Source: Minisyncoccota bacterium (lineage in GTDB: Bacteria > Patescibacteriota > Minisyncoccia > JAHISW01 > Tagabacteraceae). Taken from it: a stretch of 64,000 nt of DNA. Below are positions 38,819 through 49,641 of the stretch, piece after piece. Positions within the stretch are counted from its first letter, which is position 1. The number at the start of each line of letters is the position of its first letter. The notes beneath the pieces were generated by a model. The model had not been told where the DNA came from. It saw nothing but the letters and a program-made list of their open reading frames with translations, and searched no databases. The position numbers and the translations under genes are program-made. Location of the stretch: NCBI GenBank assembly GCA_028711505.1, contig JAQTSC010000001.1, forward strand, positions 168,604-232,603. The letters are read 5' to 3'.

Positions 38819-41128
38819 TTATGGCGTCGTCGTTGTCGCGGGCGTGCAAAGAGCTTTTATGTCATCGTAGTGCTCTTTGTCTGCTAACTCAATAAACTTC
38901 AATACGTTTTTAGCAATAGATTTTCCTTCAAGCATAGCTGCGGAAATTGGTCTTGAAAAATCTTGTCCGTGAGAATACTCGTGTAAAAACTTAACTACAA
39001 AATCACCCGTGCCTTTTTTGAGATGATTTGGGTCTGCAACGAATCTATTAAGTACGATACTGGTAAAATCCTCGGTTGTTCTACAAGACCATTTGAAGCC
39101 AGAAAAAAACTCTAAAACCTTCCTTGCTATATTCGCCACGAGTGGTTCGTCCAATGGTCTTATATTATTTGCAAACTGATAAAGTCGGCAAAAGAGATAT
39201 TGATATTCGCTTTTATATTCTTTAAGAAGGTCTGGGAGATTTTCAACTTTAACTTCTTGGGTAGTGTTTTCTTTATCAAGGGAAATAAGATACATCCACG
39301 AATCATTTTCTAATTGCTTGCTTAAAAACCAATCGCGCATTAAATTAAAAAACTCGAAATTGTGTGTGAGTACAATCAGCTGCCCGACATTTTTTAGTTG
39401 TCTTTTTATCAAGCCCGCCGTGCGGAATAAAAAAATACTATCCTGACTATCAACTGGGTCATCAACGACAATCAAACAATTCTCTTTATTACACCCGTCT
39501 TCTTCAAGTTTTATTAAAAAGTAGACAAGAGCAAGCACGCCTTCTTCTCCTTCGCTCAAATGCTTGGCATCTTTATTTCTTCGTTTCAAAACATAGCTTG
39601 TATCACCATCCTCCGACTCTGTAACTTCAAGGTAGATATGGGATTCACCAAAAAACTCTTTTAGTATGGCATTGATTTTATCAACTGCATCTGTTGCATT
39701 ATGTAAAGATGCTTTTTTGCTTTGGATTTTAATAATCAAATCACCACGCTCAACTTTTAATTTAGCTATCTCTGCCGCAATACGCTCATTTTCTTTTTTG
39801 TTTTGGAAATACTGCTTATCAGATAAAATCGAGGCTATTATATGTAATTCAATTTTTTCTGCTGCGTTTTTAACTTCTTCTGATATTGTTGCTACTTTTT
39901 TGTTGTGTTCAGTTATTATACTTTTAATTTTTTCCAAACTTACATTTGCCTTGTCTATGGCGTCTTTTGGGTATATTACGGCGCTATGCTTTTTAGTGCA
40001 GTCGTGTAGATTGTCTTTTTTATTTTTAAGACAATCCGTGAGAGAGCCAATTACTTCTTTTATTTTTTTGACTTGTTCTTCGAGCTCCTTCTTCGCTGTT
40101 GTATATTCTTTTGCTGGTTCGGGGAACAAGGCACTTGATTCCAACTCTAACGCGATGCCGTTATAATCATCGTTTTCAAGAGAAATTATTGCATCCTCAA
40201 TTTGCTTCTTTGTTTTTTGAAGTTCGTCGGTAAAAAAACTTCCAAGACGAGTTAAGGTTTCTCCTGGCAAACTACTTTTGCAGAATTGACATTCGGTCAA
40301 AGCCCTATCTTTGTGTAGTTTATATCCAGTCTCAACCCAATCTCGTAAATCCTTATCATCTTTAAGCTCCTTGATTTCTTGTACGTTAATTGTGGTACAA
40401 AGTAGACCATTGGCACTACCAAAAAGCTCGGAAAAATCTGGAATCGTTGCTACGTTTAATTTAATTTCTTTCTTCTCATTTTTTATAATATCTTTCTTTG
40501 CGTCCACGTCTGCCTGGTCTGCAATAATCAATGAGGCGATACTACTTTCGCTTACTACTCCACTTTCAATACGCTTATCGACTTTATTTTTGTTATAGCT
40601 TCTACCATAGTATGTATCATTCGCCAGCGGTGTGTTGGTAAAGTTTTGAGGAACTTGTCTTCCTGCCTCCGTGAGAATAGCGTCAAGTTTAGGTAATTTT
40701 CCTTGCGCTTCCTCTAACTCCTCAATGCTTTTCTGCTTTGCCTTATAATCAATATCTAACGCTTCAATTTCTTTTTTGGTCTCAACATTTTCTTTTCCAA
40801 GTATTACGATTTTCTTCGCTTGCGATTCTTCGAACAGTAGGTTTTCTTTTATAAAATCTTCATTAAAAACCCTTACATTGAGTTCGTGATTCGCTATATT
40901 GTTCTGTTTTATTGTGCCAGCGTCTGTTTGAACTGTGAACTCAACAGAGGTTAAGTCTGGGATGTGTATTGCTTTTCTTTCCAAAAAATTAAAAAGTCTG
41001 GAAATGGTAGTCTTTCCAGAACCGTTCCAACCGTAAATAAGGTTGTGCTTTTTGAGGTCATCGCCAAGCCAATTGAAGGAATCAAAAGCGTCAACATTTT
41101 TTATTTCTTTGACTTTTTTTACTATCAT
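38819..41128 (-). CDS. RloC-like AAA_13 ABC-ATPase/zinc-hook protein with HEPN-like C-terminus
   Basis: GWNGSGKTT, coiled coil with central CQFC, LSEGE, DDPVDS, LTHN; C-terminal NIARKVLE...FK and KFLHEYSH. Confidence 0.75.
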   Translation of the reverse strand: MIVKKVKEIKNVDAFDSFNWLGDDLKKHNLIYGWNGSGKTTISRLFNFLERKAIHIPDLTSVEFTVQTDAGTIKQNNIANHELNVRVFNEDFIKENLLFEESQAKKIVILGKENVETKKEIEALDIDYKAKQKSIEELEEAQGKLPKLDAILTEAGRQVPQNFTNTPLANDTYYGRSYNKNKVDKRIESGVVSESSIASLIIADQADVDAKKDIIKNEKKEIKLNVATIPDFSELFGSANGLLCTTINVQEIKELKDDKDLRDWVETGYKLHKDRALTECQFCKSSLPGETLTRLGSFFTDELQKTKKQIEDAIISLENDDYNGIALELESSALFPEPAKEYTTAKKELEEQVKKIKEVIGSLTDCLKNKKDNLHDCTKKHSAVIYPKDAIDKANVSLEKIKSIITEHNKKVATISEEVKNAAEKIELHIIASILSDKQYFQNKKENERIAAEIAKLKVERGDLIIKIQSKKASLHNATDAVDKINAILKEFFGESHIYLEVTESEDGDTSYVLKRRNKDAKHLSEGEEGVLALVYFLIKLEEDGCNKENCLIVVDDPVDSQDSIFLFRTAGLIKRQLKNVGQLIVLTHNFEFFNLMRDWFLSKQLENDSWMYLISLDKENTTQEVKVENLPDLLKEYKSEYQYLFCRLYQFANNIRPLDEPLVANIARKVLEFFSGFKWSCRTTEDFTSIVLNRFVADPNHLKKGTGDFVVKFLHEYSHGQDFSRPISAAMLEGKSIAKNVLKFIELADKEHYDDIKALCTPATTTTP

Positions 41129-41133
41129 AATGT

Positions 41134-43575
41134 TTATTCACCCCAAACTTCGGCGATTTTAGCCTTAATCTTTTCTTCGTATATTTCAATCATCCTTTTG
41201 GCTGATTCGACGTGTTTCGATTCATTTTCAATTTCAGAGACAATCTTTGTCTGTTCTTCAATCGGTGGTAGAAGTATTGAATAGTTTGAAACAAAATTGT
41301 TTGTTAATCTCTGCTGTCCAGCAGAGCCTGTCATATTATTTTTTCCCATCTTCAAAAACCTATCTTCCGCAATATAGTAATACAATAATTCGGGCAATAT
41401 CTTTTCTGTGGAGCGTAAAACAAAGAACTCTGTCGAACCAAATCCAATACCATTGGTGAGATTTTTTGCTATACCCGCTTTTCCGTTTTCAAAACACGGA
41501 GTAATTTTTGCAAGGAGAACATCATTATCCCTAAAATAAGTATAACTTTTTATCACGTCTTTGAGCGGTTTTGTTTCTTTCGGATAGAAAAACTTTTGAT
41601 GCTCTTCGATGTCTGCCATCGGCACAAATGATACTTGGGTAGTCCCGCTTATTTTTTTGACTTCTGATTTTGCTGGGTTTATTTCACAAACTTCTTTTAA
41701 GGAAACTTTTTTCCAATTTGGATTAACTTTTATTGATGATTTTGAGTGTTCAATAATTTGCTTTGCTCCATCTATAACTTTTTGATAGTTGTTAATTTCG
41801 CCGACTATTTCTCTTTGTACCTCAATCGGAGGTAGAGGGATTTTAATTTTTGAGTATTCAGAAATCCAATATCTTTTATGTTTATGACTTACAGAACCTA
41901 TCTTCTGCATTACATAAAACAAAAATCCTATATCTGCCACATTTTCCTTTGCGTGCAATATCTTCATCGCAGATGATTTAACCTTAAAAGGAAAATCAAC
42001 GAACTTTATCGCAGTAGTAAAATCATCAAAAATAATAACGGGCAATTTTTCTTTGAAGATACCGTCTTTTTCGTTGGTGTGTCCTAAAATAAAAGTTTTT
42101 CCAGCAGTTAATACTGGTGTTGTGTAGCTGTCATCATAATCAACAGAACGAACAATATACTTTGTGGGTTGTTCATAATCCAATATTTCACCCAGACTAA
42201 CCATTTGCCATTTAGTATTATTGTTACCAACCACGGCTCTATAATGGTCTCCTGACAGGTCGTAATTTTCGTTTTCAGCAATCTTTGTTTTAAGAGCTGT
42301 CCAAGCAAATAAACTACCTTTCTTCAATAGCGGATTTTTCTTTCCCGTTGTTATTGCATTTCGCTGTGCTTGTAATACTTCAATGGCGTGGGGCAAATCA
42401 TTTCGGTCAACTGGTCTACGTTGGGCGCCAAGGTCAAATCCATCGTTAAGTACTTTTATAAACAGAACTTCATTTGATTGTTTTGAAAGTTGATTGTCAA
42501 AAAATAAAATACTGGTTCTTACGCCAGAATATGGATTGAAAACTCCCGAAGGTAAAGAAACGACAGCGTACAAACCATCCTCAACAAGTAGTTTTCTTAA
42601 TTGTTTATAGGCTCCTGCTACTTGAAAAATAATAGCCTCTGGCACGATGATACCAGCACGTCCCTTATTATTGAGATGCTCCATAATATAATCTACGAAA
42701 AGCACTTCGGCGCGGTTAGCTTGTGCCATAAAGCGCTTGTGTGGGCGTATTCCGCCTTTGGGTGTCATAAAGGGTGGATTTGCCATCATTACGTCAAAGC
42801 GCTCGTCCCACTTCTCTTCGCTTGTTAGCGTGTCATATTCGTGGATATTTGGACTTGGGAAGCCGTGTAGATACAGATTTACAAGCGATAACTTCACCAT
42901 ATCGGGTGAAATATCATAGCCAGTAAGATTGCCCATTAAGCGTTTCTTTTCATCTGGGGTAAGCGGTTTATTCTTATTTGATTTAAGAATATGTTTGTAT
43001 GCAGAAATAAGAAATCCTGCCGTGCCACAAGCGGGGTCAAGTATTGTTTCGTCTTTCTTTGGGTCAACAACTTCAACGATAAAATCAATAATATGTCGCG
43101 GCGTTCTGAACTGTCCTGCGTCGCCCTGAGAGCCAAGGATTGAAAGTAAATACTCAAACGCATCACCAAGATTTTCACTGTGGTCGTAATTAAAAAAGTT
43201 TATATCTTTCAAAAATAGATTGAGAGTTTCTGGGTCGCGATATGGTAAAAAAGCATCTTTGAAAACATCACGAAAGAGTTGTGGAAGATGTGGATTTTTC
43301 GACATCTTTGTAATAGCTTCCACATAAAGATTCAAACGCTCCTGTCCGCCAAGTTTAGCATCCATCATTTTGCCCCAAGCATATTTTTCAAATCCATTCG
43401 TAAAAAACTGCGCCTTGCCCTTCGGTAAAGATGCAGCTCGCTTATCCATATCATCCATAAACTTATAGATAAGCGCTGTGGTGATTTGTTCCACTTGGGC
43501 TTTCGGGTCTGGGACTTTACCAACTAAAATATCCCGCGCCGAATCAATTTTCTTTTTTATATCTGTTGTTAGCAT
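41134..43575 (-). CDS. hsdM: Type I N6-adenine methyltransferase fused to specificity (S) domains
   Basis: GQFRTP, DPACGTAGFL and ANPPF, then two TRD repeats ending IPLPPIEVQ and LLPPIEEQ. Confidence 0.9.
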   Translation of the reverse strand: MLTTDIKKKIDSARDILVGKVPDPKAQVEQITTALIYKFMDDMDKRAASLPKGKAQFFTNGFEKYAWGKMMDAKLGGQERLNLYVEAITKMSKNPHLPQLFRDVFKDAFLPYRDPETLNLFLKDINFFNYDHSENLGDAFEYLLSILGSQGDAGQFRTPRHIIDFIVEVVDPKKDETILDPACGTAGFLISAYKHILKSNKNKPLTPDEKKRLMGNLTGYDISPDMVKLSLVNLYLHGFPSPNIHEYDTLTSEEKWDERFDVMMANPPFMTPKGGIRPHKRFMAQANRAEVLFVDYIMEHLNNKGRAGIIVPEAIIFQVAGAYKQLRKLLVEDGLYAVVSLPSGVFNPYSGVRTSILFFDNQLSKQSNEVLFIKVLNDGFDLGAQRRPVDRNDLPHAIEVLQAQRNAITTGKKNPLLKKGSLFAWTALKTKIAENENYDLSGDHYRAVVGNNNTKWQMVSLGEILDYEQPTKYIVRSVDYDDSYTTPVLTAGKTFILGHTNEKDGIFKEKLPVIIFDDFTTAIKFVDFPFKVKSSAMKILHAKENVADIGFLFYVMQKIGSVSHKHKRYWISEYSKIKIPLPPIEVQREIVGEINNYQKVIDGAKQIIEHSKSSIKVNPNWKKVSLKEVCEINPAKSEVKKISGTTQVSFVPMADIEEHQKFFYPKETKPLKDVIKSYTYFRDNDVLLAKITPCFENGKAGIAKNLTNGIGFGSTEFFVLRSTEKILPELLYYYIAEDRFLKMGKNNMTGSAGQQRLTNNFVSNYSILLPPIEEQTKIVSEIENESKHVESAKRMIEIYEEKIKAKIAEVWGE

Positions 43576-43577
43576 AA

Positions 43578-46094
43578 TTACATATAGGCGTTAAGCGAAA
43601 CATAATCCTTCACATATTCTGGCACTTTCTCAATCCAACCATTTAAGGCTTCAAGGTCTGCAAAAGTTAGTTTTGGATTGGTGGCGAGCCGCGCATATTC
43701 ACCCTTTTCGATAATGTCTCGTATTTCATTATCGGTTATGTATGCCTTCAAGTAATTTTTAATCGGCATTACGAATTGATTTTCTGGCTTATTGATAGCA
43801 ACGAACTTCTCAAACTCTCCCTCCAATAATTCGTCTTTTGATTTGAAGTTAGTGATACCACCGAAGATTTTTTCTATAAACTCGCGCAAGCTGATGCGTC
43901 GGTCAGACTTCACTGATTTACGTAATTTGTCCAGATTGAAGAAATCTTCTGGCTTATCAAAAATCTTGTCTTTTACATAATCTTCAATCGTCGCCAAATC
44001 TCCTTCATCATATTTTTGTTTAATAAAGGAGTCTTCTTTTATTGCTGCCTCAAACTTTTCGAATAGCTTGCGGTCAATCTTCATCCCTTCAACACCCACC
44101 GCTTTTTCAGTAAATGTTTTTAATGGGTCTGGCTGCGTAATTGAAATCTCGTCAATGTTTATTCCGCCTTCTCCACTTTCACCGCCAGTGCCAGTTTTAG
44201 CAGGTAAATGTAAAACCTCATCGTAATCATACTTTTCTTCAAAGTATTCGCAGTTAGCAAAGAAATCAAAGAGCTTAAACTTTTCTTTTGATACTTTTGC
44301 TTCCTGTATTTTGCCACCTTCTTTTTCTTGGTGGGTAAATGTGAACTTGCGCGTGCCACGTCCCTTAATCTGAATAAAATCAGTCGGAGAAAATATCGGG
44401 CGCATCAAGGCAACGTTGAGTATATCTTGGCAATCATAACCAGTTGTCATCATCCCAACTGTTACACAAAGACGCGTCTTGCTGGAATGATAGCCGTCCA
44501 AAAACTTTGTATAGCCATTAAGATTGTTGTTAGCAAAACTCACCGTAAAATCTTGGGCACTTGGAATATTTGAAGTAACCTGTACGGCAAAATCAGAATT
44601 ATATTTGCCTGGATAAAGTTGGTCGGCAAACTGATTAAGTATTTGTGTAACTTTGGATGCGTGTTTTTGACTAACACAAAAAACAATACCCTTACCAATT
44701 TCTCCCGTTATTGGGTCTTTAAGAGCATTTTCAAAAAATGTTTTGCAAAAAATCTGATTGGTTTTATCGGAGAAGAACTTGCGTTCAAAATCAGTATGGA
44801 AAAAAGTCTGTTCTTCTTCCTTACCGTTTTCATCTTCAACCATCATCGCATAGCCCTTTTCAGAAAGAAGCTCGGTTGTTATTTCGGTACGCGCATCAGC
44901 AACAACTGGGTTTATTAAATAGCCTTCCTTAACGCCATCAAGCAAGGTGTATCGAAATGTTGGCTCGCCAGTTTCGCAGCCAAAAGTTTTGTAGGTATCA
45001 AAAAGTTGGCGGCGCTCCCAAGCGCGCGGGTCTTTGGTGTTGAGTTTTTCAGGGTTGATTCCTTTGAGATAATTTTTAGGAGTTGCAGTAAGTCCGAGTT
45101 TATAGCCAACAAAATACTCAAATACTGCACGACTATTGCCGCCGATTGAACGATGGGCTTCATCGGAAATTATGAGGTCAAAATCCGTAGGAGAGAATAA
45201 TTTTTGATACTTATTATTAAAGGAAAGACTTTGCACAGTGGAAACAACAATCTCTGCCTTGCGCCAGTCATCTTTGTTTTCTTTATAAACAACGGTTGTA
45301 TAATCCTTTGAAAGCCACTTCTTGAAGTTCTTGGCTGCCTGGTCTTCCAATTCCAAACGGTCAACAAGAAATAAAATACGCTTGGCATTTCCGCTTTTTA
45401 GGAAAAGTTTAATGATAGCCGCTGATACAAGAGTTTTACCCGTGCCTGTCGCCATCTCAAACAAATAACGGTCATTGCCTTTGGCGGCGGATTCTTGAAG
45501 AGATTTGATGGCGTGTAATTGATATGGGCGCAAAAACTTTAATCCTTCCGTGTCAATAAGATTCTGTTGCTGCTCTTCGTTCTCCCAGCGTGGGTCGCTC
45601 TTATAATCTGTCTTCTGGGTAAGTACTATGTAATCATTTTCTACATCCTCATCGGCAAGACGCTTGGAATTAGGTTTGAATTGTTCAAAATGTTGAAGTG
45701 ATTGTGGTGTTGGAAATTGGACAATGATTGTAGGGTTGCCGCGCTCCAAGTCCCAGAAATAGTGAAGGTTACCGTTAGAAAGAATAACAAAACGTACATT
45801 TAGGGACTGGGCATAGCTGCGCGCTTGTTCTTTGCCGTCAAGCGGGTCTTTGTCTTCGGACTTCGCTTCAAGCACTACATACGGGAATCCTTTTTCATCA
45901 AGTAATAAAAAATCAACAAAACCATTTTTTGTTTTTTCGAAATCACCACCAAAAGCATCGACTGCTTTTTTAGTAAGTTTAGTGTTAAGTTCAAGGGCGA
46001 TGTTAGCCTTGCCTTTTTCATCATCAAAAAATCTCCAACCAGACTTTTGGAGGAGGTCGTTTATTTTTATTCGTGATTTAGCTTCTTTTTGCAT
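43578..46094 (-). CDS. hsdR: Type I restriction subunit R (EcoEI-like)
   Basis: VD...LEAK nuclease, MATGTGKT, DEAH, LTATP and QIKGRGTR motifs. Confidence 0.92.
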   Translation of the reverse strand: MQKEAKSRIKINDLLQKSGWRFFDDEKGKANIALELNTKLTKKAVDAFGGDFEKTKNGFVDFLLLDEKGFPYVVLEAKSEDKDPLDGKEQARSYAQSLNVRFVILSNGNLHYFWDLERGNPTIIVQFPTPQSLQHFEQFKPNSKRLADEDVENDYIVLTQKTDYKSDPRWENEEQQQNLIDTEGLKFLRPYQLHAIKSLQESAAKGNDRYLFEMATGTGKTLVSAAIIKLFLKSGNAKRILFLVDRLELEDQAAKNFKKWLSKDYTTVVYKENKDDWRKAEIVVSTVQSLSFNNKYQKLFSPTDFDLIISDEAHRSIGGNSRAVFEYFVGYKLGLTATPKNYLKGINPEKLNTKDPRAWERRQLFDTYKTFGCETGEPTFRYTLLDGVKEGYLINPVVADARTEITTELLSEKGYAMMVEDENGKEEEQTFFHTDFERKFFSDKTNQIFCKTFFENALKDPITGEIGKGIVFCVSQKHASKVTQILNQFADQLYPGKYNSDFAVQVTSNIPSAQDFTVSFANNNLNGYTKFLDGYHSSKTRLCVTVGMMTTGYDCQDILNVALMRPIFSPTDFIQIKGRGTRKFTFTHQEKEGGKIQEAKVSKEKFKLFDFFANCEYFEEKYDYDEVLHLPAKTGTGGESGEGGINIDEISITQPDPLKTFTEKAVGVEGMKIDRKLFEKFEAAIKEDSFIKQKYDEGDLATIEDYVKDKIFDKPEDFFNLDKLRKSVKSDRRISLREFIEKIFGGITNFKSKDELLEGEFEKFVAINKPENQFVMPIKNYLKAYITDNEIRDIIEKGEYARLATNPKLTFADLEALNGWIEKVPEYVKDYVSLNAYM

Positions 46095-46129
46095 AATACA
46101 TTTTCATTTTCATATTTACAGAGAAACGG

Positions 46130-46318
46130 TTATCTCTTTTTCTTTTTTGCCTTAAAACTGTTCTCGACGAACTCTTCAAGGTCTTCTTTTCTAAAACGCC
46201 AACGTCCAATTTTTGCAGCTTTAATTTTACCGCTATGCAGATAGCGGAATAGTGTGCGCTTGCCAATATCAAGAAACTTGGCGGCTTCTTCTATATTCAA
46301 AAACTTCTCTTGTTCCAT
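46130..46318 (-). CDS. Excisionase-like HTH (HTH_17) protein
   Basis: LNIEEAAKFLDI..RTLFR...GKIKAAKIG.WRF. Confidence 0.88.
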   Translation of the reverse strand: MEQEKFLNIEEAAKFLDIGKRTLFRYLHSGKIKAAKIGRWRFRKEDLEEFVENSFKAKKKKR

Positions 46319-46392
46319 ACAAACATATTGTATCCCTTTTTGCTCGAAATGGCAATTATTGGCATTTCTTGATATAATGGCTTTAAGACACT

Positions 46393-47067
46393 ATGGAAAT
46401 GAAAATGACAACAAAAGAAAAGGATATTTTATTTGCTCAAATTATCAATGAGCACTTTTTAACGCAAAAAAATAATACGGTCTATATACCAGCAAGACAT
46501 CTCGAAGCGAAGGGTTTTGATATTTCTGATAGTAATAATGCCTTGTGGCGCCTAAAAGATAATGGGATTATTAAACAATATAAACATTGCTGGGGCTTTT
46601 GGGAGATTAAAGGCAGTAAGAAGGTTTTTGTTATTACGAGCGAAGAGGAACCCAAAACAGATGATGACGTTGAGGTTTATCAGATTAACGTTATTCCTGG
46701 ACACCTTGTGCAAGCAACAAAAAGCCAAATAGAAAAACAAGAAGAAAAAAATGTTACTCTCTACCTCAACAAAAATGGTGATTTGTACAGAGAGCCGAAA
46801 AGCAATTTTTGTTATCCGATGAGCGGTAAGGGTGTTCCATTAAAAATACTCAAATACTTCGTAGATAACCCAAATATTGATTATGAACAAAATACAATAA
46901 ACGCCGCCGACTCTATCGGTATAAAAGCAGACCAATTACGTAAAGAAATAAACAAGATGAGAAAACCCATCAAAGACAGACTAAAACTGAATAGTGGGCT
47001 AATTGAAGCAAGAAGGAATAGCGGTTATAGGCTTAATCCAAATATAGAAATAATACACAAAAACTAA
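46393..47067 (+). CDS. Hypothetical regulator with C-terminal winged-helix-like domain
   Basis: LRKEINKMRK.I...LIEARRNSGYRLNP resembles an OmpR-type wHTH end. Confidence 0.6.
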   Translation: MEMKMTTKEKDILFAQIINEHFLTQKNNTVYIPARHLEAKGFDISDSNNALWRLKDNGIIKQYKHCWGFWEIKGSKKVFVITSEEEPKTDDDVEVYQINVIPGHLVQATKSQIEKQEEKNVTLYLNKNGDLYREPKSNFCYPMSGKGVPLKILKYFVDNPNIDYEQNTINAADSIGIKADQLRKEINKMRKPIKDRLKLNSGLIEARRNSGYRLNPNIEIIHKN

Positions 47068-47199
47068 ATACCCTCACGTACCCCATACGTACTGTTAATT
47101 ACTTTTAAGACGACTGCTAAAACAGTCGTCTTTTTGTATCTCAAAAAGTACGTGCAGATTATGTTAAGCGATAACACGTCGTTGATATTCTGTAAGTAT

Positions 47200-47448
47200 A
47201 TGAAAAATGCAGATACAAAAATTGCAATTAGCGACTTGGGACTTGCGAGCTTACTGGTAACGCTCAACTTTAATTTGGTCGATATGGAGCGCGTGAACGA
47301 AAAGCGCATCAACTTTTTATTTGCGCCAGCAGAAGGAATAGAGCAAGTCATCAGTGATTTTTGGGCAGGCATTAAAATCTCTGTTTCTACACAGAGCCTT
47401 TTTAATAATCAAAAGATGCTCAAAAACCGCTTGTACGCTTTCAAATAA
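47200..47448 (+). CDS. DUF5659-like small protein
   Basis: SDLGLASLL...RINFLF...KMLKNRLY pattern. Confidence 0.6.
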   Translation: MKNADTKIAISDLGLASLLVTLNFNLVDMERVNEKRINFLFAPAEGIEQVISDFWAGIKISVSTQSLFNNQKMLKNRLYAFK

Positions 47449-47449
47449 T

Positions 47450-47614
47450 ATGGAGCTTACTGCGGAACAATTACAAATGCTTCGAAAGCCTTTTGAAAAA
47501 GCAGGGGCATTTGTTGGTCGTTCCGAAGAAGAAATTAAAAAACTTCTTGAAGGCATTGCAGATATTTACGTAACCCTTGCAGAAATAAACTTACTTTCAA
47601 AAAATAAAAAATAA
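47450..47614 (+). CDS. Small hypothetical protein
   Basis: MELTAEQ... ORF tightly packed between neighbours. Confidence 0.6.
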   Translation: MELTAEQLQMLRKPFEKAGAFVGRSEEEIKKLLEGIADIYVTLAEINLLSKNKK

Positions 47615-47618
47615 AACT

Positions 47619-49352
47619 ATGGAAAATGAAAATCAAATCTTAAAAGCTGCGTTGCGATATTGCGATATGGGATTCTCTATAATTCCAATCGGGGAAAATA
47701 AACGTCCGCTTCTTGCCGAATGGAAACCGTATCAAGAAGTGTGCGCAACAAAGGAACAAGTAGAAAAATGGTTTGAACAATTCCCGCAAGCGAATATAGG
47801 AATCATAACGGGCAAAGTGTCCAATATTGTTGTCATAGATGTTGATGATAAAGATGCAGACATATCAGGGCTAATACCAACAGCTATTGCACAAACTGGT
47901 AGAGGCTTCCACTATTATTATTCACATCCTGGCTTTCCTGTTCATTGCGGCATATTGCGTACCAAGATTGATATTAAGGGAGATGGCGGTTATGTAATTG
48001 CTCCGCCCTCATTGCACGCATCTGGACGTCATTATGAATGGGTTTATCATCCCGATGATGTTGGGTTTGCTGATTTACCGCAATGGGTTTTTAGAGAAAA
48101 CGGAAAACAAAAAATCAATCAAATAGAAAATAATCCTCAAACTGAAAATAAAGTATACGAAGGACATCGAAATGATAGTGCTACGAGATTTGCTGGAAAG
48201 CTATTGCACGCACTACCACGCGAAGACTGGGAGTTTGGATGGTCTGTAATACAAAAATGGAATCAAGAGCGATGTGTGCCGCCGCTTCCAGAAAGTGAGC
48301 TGCGAAAAACTTTTGATAGTATTTCTGGACGTGAAAACAAAAGACAAGATGGAAAGGGCGCTACCGAATGGGAAATAAAAACTATGCAACTTTCGGAACT
48401 TGTTAAAATGGATTTTCCAAATCCACAATGGCTCGTAGATAGATTGATTCCGCACGAGGCTGTTACCATCATCTCTGGTACGCCAGCATCTTATAAAACT
48501 TTCCTTACTCTGGACATTGCATTAAAGGTAGCAAGCGGAGAAAAAGTTTTCGGTAATTTCCAGGCTACCCAAAGTCCAGTTTTAATTATTGATGAAGAAA
48601 ATAATCCACGCGTATTACAAGAACGAGTCAAATTACTTTCACAGAATCCCGACTTGCCAATTTTTATAGCATCAAGAAACGGTTTTCAACTTAACGACGA
48701 CAATGTTCAAAAAATTGTTGATTATGCCAAAAGTAAAAATGTACAACTAATTATATTTGACTCTTTTATTTGCATACACCAAGCCGATGAAAATGTGGCA
48801 AGTGAAATGCGTAATGTGATGAAACACTTGAAAGAGATTGCCAGCCACGGCATCGCGGTTATTGTTATTCATCATCACCGCAAAAGAGGAAATGCGGAAA
48901 AAGGAAATGCCTCGCAGGATATGCGCGGCTCTTCCGATATTCTGGCGCAGGTTGATTGTCATTTGGCGATTGATAGAAAAAAGAGCGGAGACGCCAGCGT
49001 TACTATCCAGCAGGTCAAGTTAAGAGAAGCCAAAGAGATGGAGCCATTTGTTGTTTGCCTTCATAGTAATGGCGAGAGTGGATATTTTGAATATGTTGGG
49101 CAAGCCAAAGAAAAAAATGATAAGCAAGGAGATGTTAAAGCAGCTGTAATTAAAATACTTGGCGCAACAGACAAGCCACTAAATAAGGCAGAGGTATGGA
49201 GACTTATCAAACAGTCTGGTGTTGAGGTGGGACAGTCAACATACAAAACAGCCTTTAAGGAATTGGTTGAGACTGGCGAGATACTCACACAGAAAGGGGC
49301 TAAAAATACCATACTTTGCAGTCTGAATAAGTTAGAGGGTGGTGATGGTTAA
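47619..49352 (+). CDS. Bifunctional primase-polymerase / PriCT / AAA_25 helicase replication protein
   Basis: NIGIITG..VVIDVD, GRGFHYYY, GGYVIAPPS, EGHRN, PPLPESE, GTPASYKT, IHHHRK and RGSS motifs. Confidence 0.9.
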   Translation: MENENQILKAALRYCDMGFSIIPIGENKRPLLAEWKPYQEVCATKEQVEKWFEQFPQANIGIITGKVSNIVVIDVDDKDADISGLIPTAIAQTGRGFHYYYSHPGFPVHCGILRTKIDIKGDGGYVIAPPSLHASGRHYEWVYHPDDVGFADLPQWVFRENGKQKINQIENNPQTENKVYEGHRNDSATRFAGKLLHALPREDWEFGWSVIQKWNQERCVPPLPESELRKTFDSISGRENKRQDGKGATEWEIKTMQLSELVKMDFPNPQWLVDRLIPHEAVTIISGTPASYKTFLTLDIALKVASGEKVFGNFQATQSPVLIIDEENNPRVLQERVKLLSQNPDLPIFIASRNGFQLNDDNVQKIVDYAKSKNVQLIIFDSFICIHQADENVASEMRNVMKHLKEIASHGIAVIVIHHHRKRGNAEKGNASQDMRGSSDILAQVDCHLAIDRKKSGDASVTIQQVKLREAKEMEPFVVCLHSNGESGYFEYVGQAKEKNDKQGDVKAAVIKILGATDKPLNKAEVWRLIKQSGVEVGQSTYKTAFKELVETGEILTQKGAKNTILCSLNKLEGGDG

Positions 49353-49432
49353 AAACACTACTATATAGTGTCAGATTTTTTTAACCAACTTAAAGGTCGA
49401 AATAATTAAACAATAATTAAACATAAAAAAAT

Positions 49433-49603
49433 ATGGAAGAAGAGCTTTATATCAATGTTCCTCGCCCGTTGCTACAAGACGCAGCCAAAGAAGACTTCGG
49501 GAGATTATTAACCGATGATGAACTCGTGGAGGTAGGAAGTCTGGTCGTAGAAGCGGCTATGGCAGCAATCCAAGAGAGTATTAAACAGGTTGTTGAAAAA
49601 TAA
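49433..49603 (+). CDS. 56-aa acidic protein not in the ORF track (MEEELYINVPRP...QVVEK)
   Basis: Manually translated ATG..TAA frame. Confidence 0.6.
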   Translation: MEEELYINVPRPLLQDAAKEDFGRLLTDDELVEVGSLVVEAAMAAIQESIKQVVEK

Positions 49604-49607
49604 CATC

Positions 49608-49635
49608 TTGCCAATTCTTGCCACTATGATATACT
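49608..49635 (+). promoter_or_regulatory. Sigma70 promoter TTGCCA-16-TATACT with extended -10 (TGn)
   Basis: Hexamers read directly; predicted start ~49642 coincides with the first paired base of the RNA. Confidence 0.7.
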
Positions 49636-49641
49636 AACTAT

